From Gemmatimonadaceae bacterium (GTDB taxonomy: Bacteria; Gemmatimonadota; Gemmatimonadetes; Gemmatimonadales; Gemmatimonadaceae), in the NCBI GenBank assembly GCA_040901985.1, contig JBBDYC010000017.1, positions 64,001 through 128,000 on the forward strand: 64,000 nucleotides of DNA. Direction: 5' to 3'. Below, one piece after another: positions 49,717-59,494 of this stretch. Made by a program: the position numbers and the translations under genes. Position 1 is the stretch's first letter, and each line of letters begins with the position of its first letter. The notes beneath the pieces are model-generated. The model worked only from the letters and a program-made list of their open reading frames with translations, did not search any database and had not been told where the DNA came from.

Positions 49717-50285
49717 GAGTACCGTTCCTCCAGGAGCTTTTGCAGCGCCTCACGGGCGCGGTGGACACGCATCTTCAGGGCACCGACTGTCGCGTCGAGC
49801 AACACGGCCATCTCTTCGTACGACCGTCCCTCGACGTGCTTCATCACAAACGCTTCCCGCAATGAATCCGGCAGGGCCAACAGCGCCGCGTCCAGATCGT
49901 CCCGCAACTCCCCCCGGTCCAACTCCTCATCCGGCGTCTCGAGCGCCGAGGGCTGATCGTCCTCTTCGTAGCTCAAGTGCGTGCGCCGGATGTTCTTGAG
50001 CCAGTCCTTGCACCCATTCGCCACGATCCGGAACACCCACGCATCGAACCGGCCGCGCACCTCGGCGAGGTGATGGAACGCCTTGATGAACGACACCTGC
50101 AGGATGTCCTCCGCGACATCCGCGCTGCCGGTCATCCCGAGGGCGTGGCGGTACAGCGGGTCGCTGTAGCGCTCGATCAAGAGACTGAAGGCGTTGCGGT
50201 CCCCGGCGAGCACGCGGTCAATGACCGCCTGATCGGCATCGAGAAGGTCGTCCTGCGGCGCTGGCTCGGTCGATTTCAGGGGCAC
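49713..50285 (-). CDS. ECF RNA polymerase sigma factor
   Basis: AEDILQVSF, FDAWVFRI, SYEEMA and KMRVHRAR; start inferred. Confidence 0.93.
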   Translation of the reverse strand: MPLKSTEPAPQDDLLDADQAVIDRVLAGDRNAFSLLIERYSDPLYRHALGMTGSADVAEDILQVSFIKAFHHLAEVRGRFDAWVFRIVANGCKDWLKNIRRTHLSYEEDDQPSALETPDEELDRGELRDDLDAALLALPDSLREAFVMKHVEGRSYEEMAVLLDATVGALKMRVHRAREALQKLLEERYS

Positions 50286-50394
50286 GTCGCTAGTGTAATC
50301 CAACACTCGCGTCGCGGACAGGGCTGAAGCACTGCAGCACGCCCGGCTCGAACCCGGGTCGTCGCATATGAGGGACGAGTAAAAGCGAGCGCCG

Positions 50395-51513
50395 TCACGT
50401 TGCGGCCGCGGCCCCGTTGCCGTCCGACCGAAGGAATGCCACCCAGCCGTCGGCGCGCACCGCGGCGCCGTGCGCATCAAGCCGCGGCGGAGGCCGTCGC
50501 ACGGTGCCCGGCGCCTGGGGCGCGACCCCGGTGAGCGCCGACGCGCCGACCGCCTCCAACGCCTCGAGCACCGGCTTCACCACGCCGCACGGAACGCCCA
50601 CCGCGTCCAGGCGTTCCACCCACTCCGCCGCCGGCCGTGCGGCCACGGCATCGGCGATCGCCGAGACCACCGACTCACGCGCCGCGAGGCGACCGGCGTT
50701 CGTCGCCAGCGCCGGATCCGCCGCCAGCGCCGCGAGGCCCAATGCACGCGCACACGCCGTCCACTGTCCGTCGCTCCCCACCGCGATCACGAGGGGACGG
50801 TCGGCCGCCGCGAAGAGCTGGTACGGCACGAGACTCGGATGCGCGTTCCCCCAGCGTCGGGCGTCGCGCCCGGTGACGAGCGCATTCTGCGCGACATTCG
50901 TGAGTGCCGCCGTCGCCCCGTGGAGCAGCGAGACCACCAAGTGCCGATTCCCGACCCGACCGCCCGCGAGCGCGGCAAGGATGGCGATTGCGGCGTCCTT
51001 GCCGGCAAGCACATCCACCAGTGCGACCCCCGACTTCATCGGCGGGCCCGCCGCTTCGCCCGTGATTGCCATCCATCCGCTCTCGGCCTGCACCACGACG
51101 TCGTAGCCCGGCCGGTTGGACGAAAGGCCGAAGCCAGTGATCGTGCACCAGAGGAGCCGCGGGTGTCGGCCGAGCAACTCGCGGGGGTCGAGACCGTGCC
51201 GTTTGAGCACTCCGGGGCGGAAGTTGTCAATGACCACGTCCGCCTCGCCGATCAACTGCGCCACGAGCGCGCGGTCGGGTGCGTCCCCGAGGTCGGCCGC
51301 GACGCTCAACTTGTTGCGATTCGAAGCCAGGAAGTACGCGCTCTCGCCGCGCGCGTCGAAGGGCGGACCCCAGCCGCGGGTCTCGTCGCCGGTGCCCGGG
51401 CGCTCGATCTTGATGACATCGGCACCCAGATCGCCAAGAATCATCCCAGCGAGCGGCCCGGCGAGAACTCGGGAAAGATCCACTATTCGTACGCCTTGCA
51501 GCGGTAATGGCAT
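50395..51513 (-). CDS. CoA transferase family III (CaiB/BaiF)
   Basis: SRVLAGP, DLGADVIKIE, NRNK and GYD. Confidence 0.93.
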   Translation of the reverse strand: MPLPLQGVRIVDLSRVLAGPLAGMILGDLGADVIKIERPGTGDETRGWGPPFDARGESAYFLASNRNKLSVAADLGDAPDRALVAQLIGEADVVIDNFRPGVLKRHGLDPRELLGRHPRLLWCTITGFGLSSNRPGYDVVVQAESGWMAITGEAAGPPMKSGVALVDVLAGKDAAIAILAALAGGRVGNRHLVVSLLHGATAALTNVAQNALVTGRDARRWGNAHPSLVPYQLFAAADRPLVIAVGSDGQWTACARALGLAALAADPALATNAGRLAARESVVSAIADAVAARPAAEWVERLDAVGVPCGVVKPVLEALEAVGASALTGVAPQAPGTVRRPPPRLDAHGAAVRADGWVAFLRSDGNGAAAAT

Positions 51514-51601
51514 TATGGTCGCTCGATAGTGTCTTTATGTTGTTCTAACAACGCCGAACGAAAAACCCGAAAAATGGGCTAAATTCCTATCGTTCAGTCA
51601 C

Positions 51602-51629
51602 TTGCGTAGCTCACAAAAAATCATATACT
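51602..51629 (+). promoter_or_regulatory. Putative sigma70 promoter
   Basis: TTGCGT-16nt-TATACT in an AT-rich divergent intergenic region. Confidence 0.5.
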
Positions 51630-51677
51630 TGCGCCCGTTCATCTCGCGCAGCACCTCGCAACAGGACAGCCCTACTA

Positions 51678-52166
51678 ATGCCAACCACCGCGAAGCCGGC
51701 TGAAGCCGCCGCTGAGAAGCCCCCCGTCGTCCCCCCCAAGCGCAGCCCCGGGCACCGCGGCGCCGACGTCCGCGACACCGTCGCCGAGATGGCGGCCAAG
51801 GCGCACGAGATCTCGCTCGAGGCCGGTAGCAAGATGGCAGCCGCGATGAAGGAAGTCATCGGCGCCGCCGCCGGTCTCTCCGCCTTTGCCATCGAGAGTG
51901 CGCGTGACCTCGTCCAGTACATGGTGCGCCGCGGACAGATGACGCAGGACGAGGCGGACAAGCTGATCCGCGAGGCGGAAGAGGCGTGGAGCAGGAAGCA
52001 CAAGGGCAGGTCGCCGACCGCGAAGTCCGGCGCCACCAAGGGCGCCAAGCCGGCGTCGCGTGCCGCGGCGGCCAAGAAACCGGCGGCCAAGAAGAAGCCT
52101 GCCGCCAGGAAGCCGGCGGTCAAGAAGAAGAAGCCCGCCGCCAAGAAGCCAGCGCCGAAGAAGTGA
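51678..52166 (+). CDS. Phasin-like protein with histone-H1-like AAKKP tail
   Basis: DLVQYMVRRGQMTQDEA helix and Lys/Ala/Pro C-terminal repeats. Confidence 0.7.
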   Translation: MPTTAKPAEAAAEKPPVVPPKRSPGHRGADVRDTVAEMAAKAHEISLEAGSKMAAAMKEVIGAAAGLSAFAIESARDLVQYMVRRGQMTQDEADKLIREAEEAWSRKHKGRSPTAKSGATKGAKPASRAAAAKKPAAKKKPAARKPAVKKKKPAAKKPAPKK

Positions 52167-52181
52167 CGTCCGGGGGCTCCC

Positions 52182-53369
52182 GTGCGGCGTGAAGCGAGCG
52201 CACCGCGCGGCGATGCCCTCGCGCTGACGCGCGCGCTCGTCGCCATCGACTCCCGGAACCCCGCCCTCGCCGACGACGGGCCGGGGGAGCGCGCCGCGGC
52301 CGAGCATCTTGCCGAGGTGCTCACAGCGTGGGGCTTTGCCGTGGATCTCCTCGAGGCGCTCCCCGGACGTCCCTGCGTCGTCGCCCGCATCGGCGGCGGC
52401 CACGGCGGCCGCTCCCTCCTGCTCAATGGCCACCTCGACACGGTCGGCGTCGAGGGGATGACGCATCCGCCCTTCACCCCCGCCGAGCGCGACGGACGGC
52501 TCTACGGTCGCGGGTCGGCGGACATGAAGGGCGGCATCGCCGCGATGTGCGCCGCCGCCGCCCGCGCCGCCGACCACGACCTCGGCGGCGAGGTCGTCCT
52601 CGCCATCGTCGTGGACGAGGAATGGGCCAGCGCCGGCACCAAGTTCCTCCTCGAGGCCGGCATCACCGCCCACGCCGCGATCGTCACCGAGCCGACGCGG
52701 CTCGCAATCTGTCCCGCCCACCGCGGATTCGCCTGGGCCGACGTCACGGTCCACGGGCGCGCCGCCCACGGCTCGCGCTACGACATCGGCGTGGACGCCA
52801 TCACCCACGCGGCGCACCTGATTGCCGAACTCGACGCCTTCCAGGCGAGGACGCTCGCCGCCCGGACGCATCCGCTCCTCGGCCACGCCTCACTCCACGT
52901 CGGCACGATCCAGGGCGGGAGCGGGATCAGCACCTACCCCGAGCGCTGCACCTTCAGCGTCGAGCGCCGCACCCTCCCCGGCGAGCGCGGCGCCGACTTC
53001 TTCGGCGAGCTCGACGCCGCCATCCAACGGGTCGGCGCGCGCGTCCCCGCGTTCCGCGCCGACGTCACGCCGCAACTCGTGCAGGAGCCAAACGACGTGC
53101 CACCCGACCATCCCCTCATCGCCGCGCTCTCCGACGCGTCGGCGAAGCACGGCGGGCGGGCGCCGATCGAAGGCCTCTCCTGCTGGACCGACGCCGCCCT
53201 CCTCAGCGCTGCCGGAATCCCGGCGCTCTGCTACGGACCCGGCGACATCGCGCTCGCCCACGCCGCCGAGGAGTGGGTTCCGGTCGCCGAGATTGTGCGG
53301 GCAACCGACGTGCTGACCGAGACGATCATCGCCTGGTGCGGGCCGAAGGGGGTCGCGTGGGGCAGTTGA
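52182..53369 (+). CDS. ArgE/DapE family M20 deacylase
   Basis: NGHLDTV, GRGSADMKG, DEE and AHAAEE. Confidence 0.92.
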   Translation: MRREASAPRGDALALTRALVAIDSRNPALADDGPGERAAAEHLAEVLTAWGFAVDLLEALPGRPCVVARIGGGHGGRSLLLNGHLDTVGVEGMTHPPFTPAERDGRLYGRGSADMKGGIAAMCAAAARAADHDLGGEVVLAIVVDEEWASAGTKFLLEAGITAHAAIVTEPTRLAICPAHRGFAWADVTVHGRAAHGSRYDIGVDAITHAAHLIAELDAFQARTLAARTHPLLGHASLHVGTIQGGSGISTYPERCTFSVERRTLPGERGADFFGELDAAIQRVGARVPAFRADVTPQLVQEPNDVPPDHPLIAALSDASAKHGGRAPIEGLSCWTDAALLSAAGIPALCYGPGDIALAHAAEEWVPVAEIVRATDVLTETIIAWCGPKGVAWGS

Positions 53370-53575
53370 CGGTGGCCGAGTACGACGCCCTCGAGCGCGC
53401 CATCACCGACGGCGCGCGAATCCTCGTCCAGCGGCGCGGGACGGACTTCCTCGTCATCCCGCAGAAGCTCGCCGTGATCAAGGGCCGCGAGGCAATCCAC
53501 GCGCGGCATCCCTCCACCGGCGCCGCGCTGGTGCTGTACCTGGACGAGGCCGACCGCGTGACGGTCGTGCGATGA
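53357..53575 (+). CDS. Hypothetical small protein
   Basis: Fills the operon gap and overlaps both neighbours; GTG start. Confidence 0.6.
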   Translation: MGQLTVAEYDALERAITDGARILVQRRGTDFLVIPQKLAVIKGREAIHARHPSTGAALVLYLDEADRVTVVR

Positions 53576-54189
53576 GCGACGACTGGCCGCTGGTCGCGAT
53601 CTTCGCCGATGAGTCGTGCCTCGGCAACGGCCGCGAGGGCGACAATCCCGGCGGCGCAGGGGTCCTCCTCGAGTACCGGCACGCCGATGGCCGGATCACC
53701 CGCCGCGACCTCTGGATCAGCGAGCCCGCGACGACGAACAACCGGATGGCGTTGCGATCGGTGACCGAGGCGTTTCGCGCGCTCGGCGGCAAGGACGGGC
53801 GCTTTCGTGCCGTCTTCACCAGCGACTCGCGCTACATCGTGGACGGGATGACCAACTGGGTGCACGGGTGGGCCCGCGCCGGCTGGAAGCGGCGGACCGG
53901 CCCGATCGAGAACCTCGCGCTCTGGCACGACGCGCTGCGCGCCGCCGGCCCGCACGAGATTGCCTGGCGGTGGGTGAAGGGTCACGCCGGCCACCCGCAG
54001 AACGAGTATGCCAACGACCTCGCGACGCGCGCCGCCGCCGATCAGACGGCGTCCGACGGCGCCGTCCCGTCCGGCTTCGACGCGTGGCTCGCCGCGCGGC
54101 GCGCCAAGGGCCGCATTCGTGACGTGGTCGCCGCCTTCCCCGATGGCGAGGCGTTCCGCGCGTCCGCATCTTTGCCACGAGTGGAGTGA
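53572..54189 (+). CDS. rnhA: Ribonuclease HI
   Basis: ADESCLGN, TTNNRM, DSRY and WVKGHAGHPQNE. Confidence 0.92.
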   Translation: MSDDWPLVAIFADESCLGNGREGDNPGGAGVLLEYRHADGRITRRDLWISEPATTNNRMALRSVTEAFRALGGKDGRFRAVFTSDSRYIVDGMTNWVHGWARAGWKRRTGPIENLALWHDALRAAGPHEIAWRWVKGHAGHPQNEYANDLATRAAADQTASDGAVPSGFDAWLAARRAKGRIRDVVAAFPDGEAFRASASLPRVE

Positions 54190-54195
54190 ATCATC

Positions 54196-54870
54196 GTGGA
54201 TGCGCTTGATCTCCTGTTCCGTCGCGTTGTCCTCGCGGCCCGCGCGGCCGACGCCTTGGCGCGCCCGCTCGACGTCGGCGAGGTGCTGGAGAAGCTCGTC
54301 CCCTATCGCGCCGCGCGCCGCGACGGACTCCTCGAGACCAACGACGACTACCTCCACGCGCTGATGCGGCTCTTCTCCGGCGAACGCGACCTCATCTACG
54401 CCGACGAGTTGCTGCAGGACGACTTCAAGGCCGAGCTCGCCTCGCCGAATCCCGACCTCGGTCTCCTGCGCACCTACGTCAACGCGAGTCTCCGGCTCTC
54501 GACGACGGCGGTGCAGAAGGTCCTCGCCGGCGACACCGAGATTGACCTCCGCCCACCGACGCCGATCGCCACCGCGGCCGCCGTGCGCGCCGCCGCCGCG
54601 GCGACGGCCGAACCGCCGGCGTCGGAGCGGGTACCGTCATCCCAGCTCTTCGACGCGGTCGCCGCCCAAGCGCCCAAGGCCGCGCCGCCGCCCGCTGTCA
54701 CCGGCGAGGGCGGATGCCCGTACTGTGCCCAGCCGCTCCCCGGCGACCGCACCGTGAAGTATTGCCCCAGCTGTGGCCTCAACCTGCTCATCCGACGCTG
54801 CGCCGGATGCAGCGCGGAGATCGAATCCGGATGGAAATTCTGCGTCACCTGCGGCCGTTCTTCCTCGTAG
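54196..54870 (+). CDS. Protein with C-terminal double zinc ribbon
   Basis: CPYC, CPSC, CAGC and CVTC. Confidence 0.8.
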   Translation: MDALDLLFRRVVLAARAADALARPLDVGEVLEKLVPYRAARRDGLLETNDDYLHALMRLFSGERDLIYADELLQDDFKAELASPNPDLGLLRTYVNASLRLSTTAVQKVLAGDTEIDLRPPTPIATAAAVRAAAAATAEPPASERVPSSQLFDAVAAQAPKAAPPPAVTGEGGCPYCAQPLPGDRTVKYCPSCGLNLLIRRCAGCSAEIESGWKFCVTCGRSSS

Positions 54871-55925
54871 TCGCCGCCGCGGCGCTCGCGCTCCCCGTCG
54901 AGGCCCAGCGACGCGCTCCGGACCGGCCGGCCGCCCAGCCGGCCGCGCACTGGCCGGTGAAGACGCGCGAGCACGTGGACCTCTGGCTCCACGGCTTCGC
55001 GCTGATCCAGCCGGACACCGCCACCGTGCCGCTCTTCGACCGCGGCTACCGCGAGCGGATCACGATCCTCAAGAACTCGCGTGCCCTCGTCACCGAGTTC
55101 GACACGGCCAGCGTCGCGCTCGCCACGCTGGCCGCCGCGCGCCCCGATCTGGTCAACGCCCATTTCCTCGCCCTCTACTTCGGCTCGTGGGAGGAGCTCG
55201 TCCAGGCGTTCGACTACTTCTTCCGCGCCGACGGCGACCCGCGTCGCACCAACAACCGCGAGGTGCAGGGGATCGTCGCCTTCCTCGCCCAGTATTTTCC
55301 CCGTCCCGCCGATCGCGACTTCGCCCGTCGCTTTGTCGCCGGCCTCGCGCGCGAGCGCGCGCAGTTCCATCACGAGTGGTGGCTGGCCGAGCGGCGCGCC
55401 CGCGATGCCGGCCTCGCCGCCGCCGATTCGCTCTGGCAACACCGCTGGCGGCCGGCCCTGCAGCGCTACCTCAACCACACGCAACAGCCGAGCGGCGACC
55501 TGATCCTGACGCTCACCCTCGGCGGCGAGGGGCGCGCGCTCCCGGTGGGGAAGAGCACCAATCAGTACGCCGTCGCCTGGCCCGCCACCGCCGACTCCGC
55601 CGAAATTGTGCTGTTCACCTTCGCGCACGAGGCGATCGGCAGCGTCGCGCAGGTCGCGGTGGACGACCACCTGACGCCGGCGCAGAAGCGACTCGGCGCC
55701 GGCGCCACTTACGGGAGCGCCGGACTCGTCCGCGGCGGCGCCCTGCTCGTCGAGCGCGTCGAACCGGGGATGGGCGAGCGCTACGCCCGATGGTATCTCG
55801 CGCAGATGGGACGCCCGGTACCCGTGGGCGGCGCCCTCGCCGCGCTCTGCGAGGCCTTCCCGATGCCCGACGAGATGATTGCGTCAATGCAGCGCCAGAT
55901 TGACATCTCGTTCGGCGGAATCTGA
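54831..55925 (+). CDS. Hypothetical secreted protein
   Basis: Signal peptide ending VEAQ; typical codon style. Confidence 0.7.
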   Translation: MEILRHLRPFFLVVAAAALALPVEAQRRAPDRPAAQPAAHWPVKTREHVDLWLHGFALIQPDTATVPLFDRGYRERITILKNSRALVTEFDTASVALATLAAARPDLVNAHFLALYFGSWEELVQAFDYFFRADGDPRRTNNREVQGIVAFLAQYFPRPADRDFARRFVAGLARERAQFHHEWWLAERRARDAGLAAADSLWQHRWRPALQRYLNHTQQPSGDLILTLTLGGEGRALPVGKSTNQYAVAWPATADSAEIVLFTFAHEAIGSVAQVAVDDHLTPAQKRLGAGATYGSAGLVRGGALLVERVEPGMGERYARWYLAQMGRPVPVGGALAALCEAFPMPDEMIASMQRQIDISFGGI

Positions 55926-55927
55926 CC

Positions 55928-56701
55928 GTGACCGACGTCCCGCCGCCCGTCCTCCACCGCGCCGCGCTCGAGCGCGTGCTGCTCCGCGCCGCCGAGTTGC
56001 AGGCCGCCAGCGCCGACGTGCCGGAGACGCTGACCGAGGCCGAGCTTTCCGAGCTCGCCGCCGAGGTCGGGATCACCCCCCTCGCGCTCCGGCAGGCGCT
56101 TCTCGAGGAGCGGATGCGCGTCGTCCTGCCCGAGGAGAGCGGGGCGCTCGCATCGCTCGCCGGCCCGGCGACCTTCGTGGCCAATCGCGTGCTGACCGGG
56201 ACGCCGAAGGAAATCCTCGCCCGGATGGACAGCGACCTGCTGCGGGAGGAGAACCTCAAGGAGCGTCGGCGATTTCCCGATCGCGTGGTCTGGGGGCCGC
56301 GCGGCGGTTTCGCCGGCGCAATCCGCGAGCTGACGCGGCTCGACGGGCGCGGCTTCCCGCTCGCCCGCGCCGATGAGGTCAGCGCGGTCGTCGTGGCCGC
56401 GGAAGGCGGCCGCGCGTATGTGCGGGTCGAGGCCACCCTCCACGGCCGTCGCGTCGGGGCCGCGCAGTCCGCCGCCGCCGGAATCGTCAGCGGTGCCCTG
56501 CTCGCCGCCGTCGCCATCGCGCTCTCGGTGATGACGCCCTTGGCCGTCGCCGGGGGTGCGGGAATCGCCGCCCTCGCCATCTGGACGTCCCGCCGCAACT
56601 ACCGGCGCGACGCCCGCTTCGCCCAGCTCGCGATCGAACAGACCCTTGACCGGATCGAGTTCGGCGAACCCAAACGACGAACGCTATTTTCCGGGCTATG
56701 A
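55928..56701 (+). CDS. Hypothetical membrane protein
   Basis: LSELAAEVGI N-terminal helix and two C-terminal TMs. Confidence 0.7.
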   Translation: MTDVPPPVLHRAALERVLLRAAELQAASADVPETLTEAELSELAAEVGITPLALRQALLEERMRVVLPEESGALASLAGPATFVANRVLTGTPKEILARMDSDLLREENLKERRRFPDRVVWGPRGGFAGAIRELTRLDGRGFPLARADEVSAVVVAAEGGRAYVRVEATLHGRRVGAAQSAAAGIVSGALLAAVAIALSVMTPLAVAGGAGIAALAIWTSRRNYRRDARFAQLAIEQTLDRIEFGEPKRRTLFSGL

Positions 56702-57774
56702 CCAGCGCCCCGGCCCTCGCGACATCGGCGGATTCCGCCACCCGCATCCGCGAGGCCGAGCGCTTTGGACACGAGATCCTCCCCGACGTCTCGCGCACGT
56801 TCGCGATCAGCATCCGCTTCCTTCCCGGTACGTTGGGCCGGGCGGTCCGCACGGCGTACCTCCTCTGCCGGATCGCCGACACGATCGAGGACGACGGCGC
56901 CACGCCACCGACGCGACGCGCCGAGCTGCTCGACGAGTTCCTGCGGACGCTGGCCGACCGAGACGCCGCCGATCGCTTCCCCGCACTCGCCGCGTCGCTC
57001 CACGGCGACGCCGCGCACCTCGCGCTCGTTGCGCGGACCGACCTCGTCCTCGTGACCTTCCGCACCCTCCCGCCGCGCACGCGAGAGCGCGTCGCCCACT
57101 GGGTGCGCGAGATGGGACGCGGGATGGCGAAATTCGTCCGCACCTACCCGGCCGGCATCCGCATCCAGACGCTGGCCGAGTACAAGGAGTACTGCTACTA
57201 CGTCGCCGGCACCGTCGGCTGCCTGCTCACCGAACTCTGGCACGAGCACGCCAGCGCGATCGGGACGCGTGAGTTCGACCGGCTCTGGGTGAAGTGCCAG
57301 GCGTTCGGCGAGGCGCTGCAGACGGTGAACATCCTGAAGGACATCGCCTGGGACGCCCAGCACGAGAACGCCATCTACATCCCAGCGAGCGACCTCGCCG
57401 CGGAAGGCAGCGGGCACGACACCCTCCTCTCACCGGCGCACGTCGAGCACAATCGGAAGGCGGTCGCGCACTTCATCGAGCTCGCCCAGACCGATCTCGA
57501 CGACGCACTGGAGTACCTCCTGATGATTCCGCGGCGCGCGCTGGCGGTCCGCGCCTTCTGCGTCCTCCCCCTCCTCTTCGCCTTCGCCACGCTGCGCGAC
57601 CTTTCCGGCTCGCGGGCGATGCTCACCGTCGGCGGCACGGTGAAGATCTCGCGGCACGAGGTGAAGGCGTTGATGGTCGCCGGCCTGCTGGCGCTCGTCA
57701 GCAATACCGCGCTCCGTCGGCTCGTCCGCCGCGTGAAGGCCCGACCCTTCACGCTCGTCCCCGTCGGCACCTGA
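56698..57774 (+). CDS. Squalene/phytoene synthase family (squalene-synthase-like)
   Basis: VSRTF, YLLCRIADTIED, YCYYVAGTVG and LQTVNILKD. Confidence 0.9.
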   Translation: MTSAPALATSADSATRIREAERFGHEILPDVSRTFAISIRFLPGTLGRAVRTAYLLCRIADTIEDDGATPPTRRAELLDEFLRTLADRDAADRFPALAASLHGDAAHLALVARTDLVLVTFRTLPPRTRERVAHWVREMGRGMAKFVRTYPAGIRIQTLAEYKEYCYYVAGTVGCLLTELWHEHASAIGTREFDRLWVKCQAFGEALQTVNILKDIAWDAQHENAIYIPASDLAAEGSGHDTLLSPAHVEHNRKAVAHFIELAQTDLDDALEYLLMIPRRALAVRAFCVLPLLFAFATLRDLSGSRAMLTVGGTVKISRHEVKALMVAGLLALVSNTALRRLVRRVKARPFTLVPVGT

Positions 57775-57788
57775 GCGCGCGCGTCCCG

Positions 57789-59435
57789 GTGAGCGCCGGC
57801 CTCTCCGTTCCGCACCGATTCCGGGGCGACTTCCGCACCGACGACGTGGCGCGGGCCGTCTACAGCGAGGCCGCCGGCGTCGGGCGGATCATCCCCGCCG
57901 CCGTTGCCGTCCCCGCGACCGTGGACGACCTCGTGACGCTGGTGGGCTGGGCCACCGCGTCCGGCCACTCCCTCGTGATGCGCGGGTCCGGAAGCTCGAT
58001 GGCCGGCGGCGCGATCGGCCCCGGCGTGATCGTGGACCTCGGTCGCCTCGACGCGTTCGGCCCCGTGCGCGCCGACGAGCGGCGGATCACCGTCGGTCCG
58101 GCGGTCACGCGTGACCGTGTGGAGGCCGAGGCGGCCCAGCACGACCTCATCTTTCCGGTGGACCCGTCGAGCGGTGCCTTCGCGACAATTGGCGGGATGT
58201 GCGCGACCAACGCCGGCGGCGTGCGCACCGTCCGTTACGGCCCGATGCGGCGCTGGGTGGCCGGCCTCGAGTGCGTCTTCGCCGACGGCTCACGCGGCTG
58301 GCTCAGGCGAGGCGCCGAGGCGCACGACCTCGCGCCGGTAAAGCGGTTCCTGAACGACGTCGCGCCGGGAGTGCGCCGCGCCGGTGCCGACGCCCTTCGC
58401 CACACCGACGTCCGCAAGGAGTCCTCCGGCTACGGCCTCGCCGACTGGCTCGAGAGCGGCGATGCGCTCGACCTGGTCATCGGCAGCGAAGGCACGCTGG
58501 CGTGCATCGTCGGCGTGGAACTGATGCTCGCCCCGTTGCCGATCGCCACCGCGTCGCTCGTCGCCGGGTTTCCCGACCTCGAGGGCGCGGCGGCGGCGGC
58601 GGGGAGGCTCGCCGCCGCCGGCGCCAGCGCGGTCGAGCTGCTCGATCGGAGCTTTCTCGAGATCGCCGCCAGCGCCGGCGAGCCGCTTCCCGTCGCGCTT
58701 CCTGCCGGTCTTGAAGGGGTCCTGGTGGTCGAGGTCGAGGCGACCACCGCCGCCCTCGCCGCGAGTGCCCTCTCCGAGCTTGCCGGCTGGTGCGACGCCG
58801 GCGGCGCGACCTTCATCACGCGAGCCGTCGAGCCGCACGAGGAGACGTTGCTCTGGACATTGCGCCACGCGGCGAGCCCGATCCTGACCCGACTCGCGCC
58901 GCGACTCCAGAGCCTGCAGCTTGTCGAGGATGGCTGCGTTCCGCCGGCGCGATTCGCCGAGTATGTGCGCGGCGTGCGGAGCGCGCTCGCCGACGCGCAA
59001 TTCCGCGGCGTGATATTCGGCCACGCGGGCGACGGCCACGCGCACGTGAATGTCCTCCTGGACGTGCACGAACCCGACTGGCGCGTGCGAATCGAGCGGC
59101 TCCTCCTCGACGTCACCGTGCTCGTCGCGCGACTGGGGGGCACCCTCGCCGGCGAGCACGGCGACGGCCGCCTGCGCGCGCCCCTTCTGCCGCGCGTCTG
59201 GCCCGCCGAGGCGGTGGCGCTCTTTGCCGCGACCAAGCGCGCCTTCGACCCCGCGGGAATCCTCAATCCCGGCGTGATCGTCGCTGCGGCCGGCGCCGTG
59301 CCGATTGACCACGTGAAGTACGACCCCGCGCTCCCCGCGCTCCCCGCCGCCGCGCGCGCCGCCCTCGACCTCGTCGTGCGGGAAAAGGCGTGGGCCCGCC
59401 ACCGCCTCGACCTCCTGCCTCCGTCATCGCAGTAG
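57789..59435 (+). CDS. FAD-linked oxidase (GlcD / D-lactate dehydrogenase-like)
   Basis: RGSGSS, DPSS, GSEGTL, GHAGDG, GEHGDG and DPAGILNPG. Confidence 0.9.
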   Translation: MSAGLSVPHRFRGDFRTDDVARAVYSEAAGVGRIIPAAVAVPATVDDLVTLVGWATASGHSLVMRGSGSSMAGGAIGPGVIVDLGRLDAFGPVRADERRITVGPAVTRDRVEAEAAQHDLIFPVDPSSGAFATIGGMCATNAGGVRTVRYGPMRRWVAGLECVFADGSRGWLRRGAEAHDLAPVKRFLNDVAPGVRRAGADALRHTDVRKESSGYGLADWLESGDALDLVIGSEGTLACIVGVELMLAPLPIATASLVAGFPDLEGAAAAAGRLAAAGASAVELLDRSFLEIAASAGEPLPVALPAGLEGVLVVEVEATTAALAASALSELAGWCDAGGATFITRAVEPHEETLLWTLRHAASPILTRLAPRLQSLQLVEDGCVPPARFAEYVRGVRSALADAQFRGVIFGHAGDGHAHVNVLLDVHEPDWRVRIERLLLDVTVLVARLGGTLAGEHGDGRLRAPLLPRVWPAEAVALFAATKRAFDPAGILNPGVIVAAAGAVPIDHVKYDPALPALPAAARAALDLVVREKAWARHRLDLLPPSSQ

Positions 59436-59494
59436 TTTTGTCGCACCTCTCCCATCTCACCTCTCACAGCTCACGTCTCCCATCTCCCCCCAAG

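Noticed and set aside
47506..49956. 816-aa ORF and many other long Arg/Pro-rich ORFs overlapping real genes
   Set aside because: Off-frame or antisense products expected at this GC content
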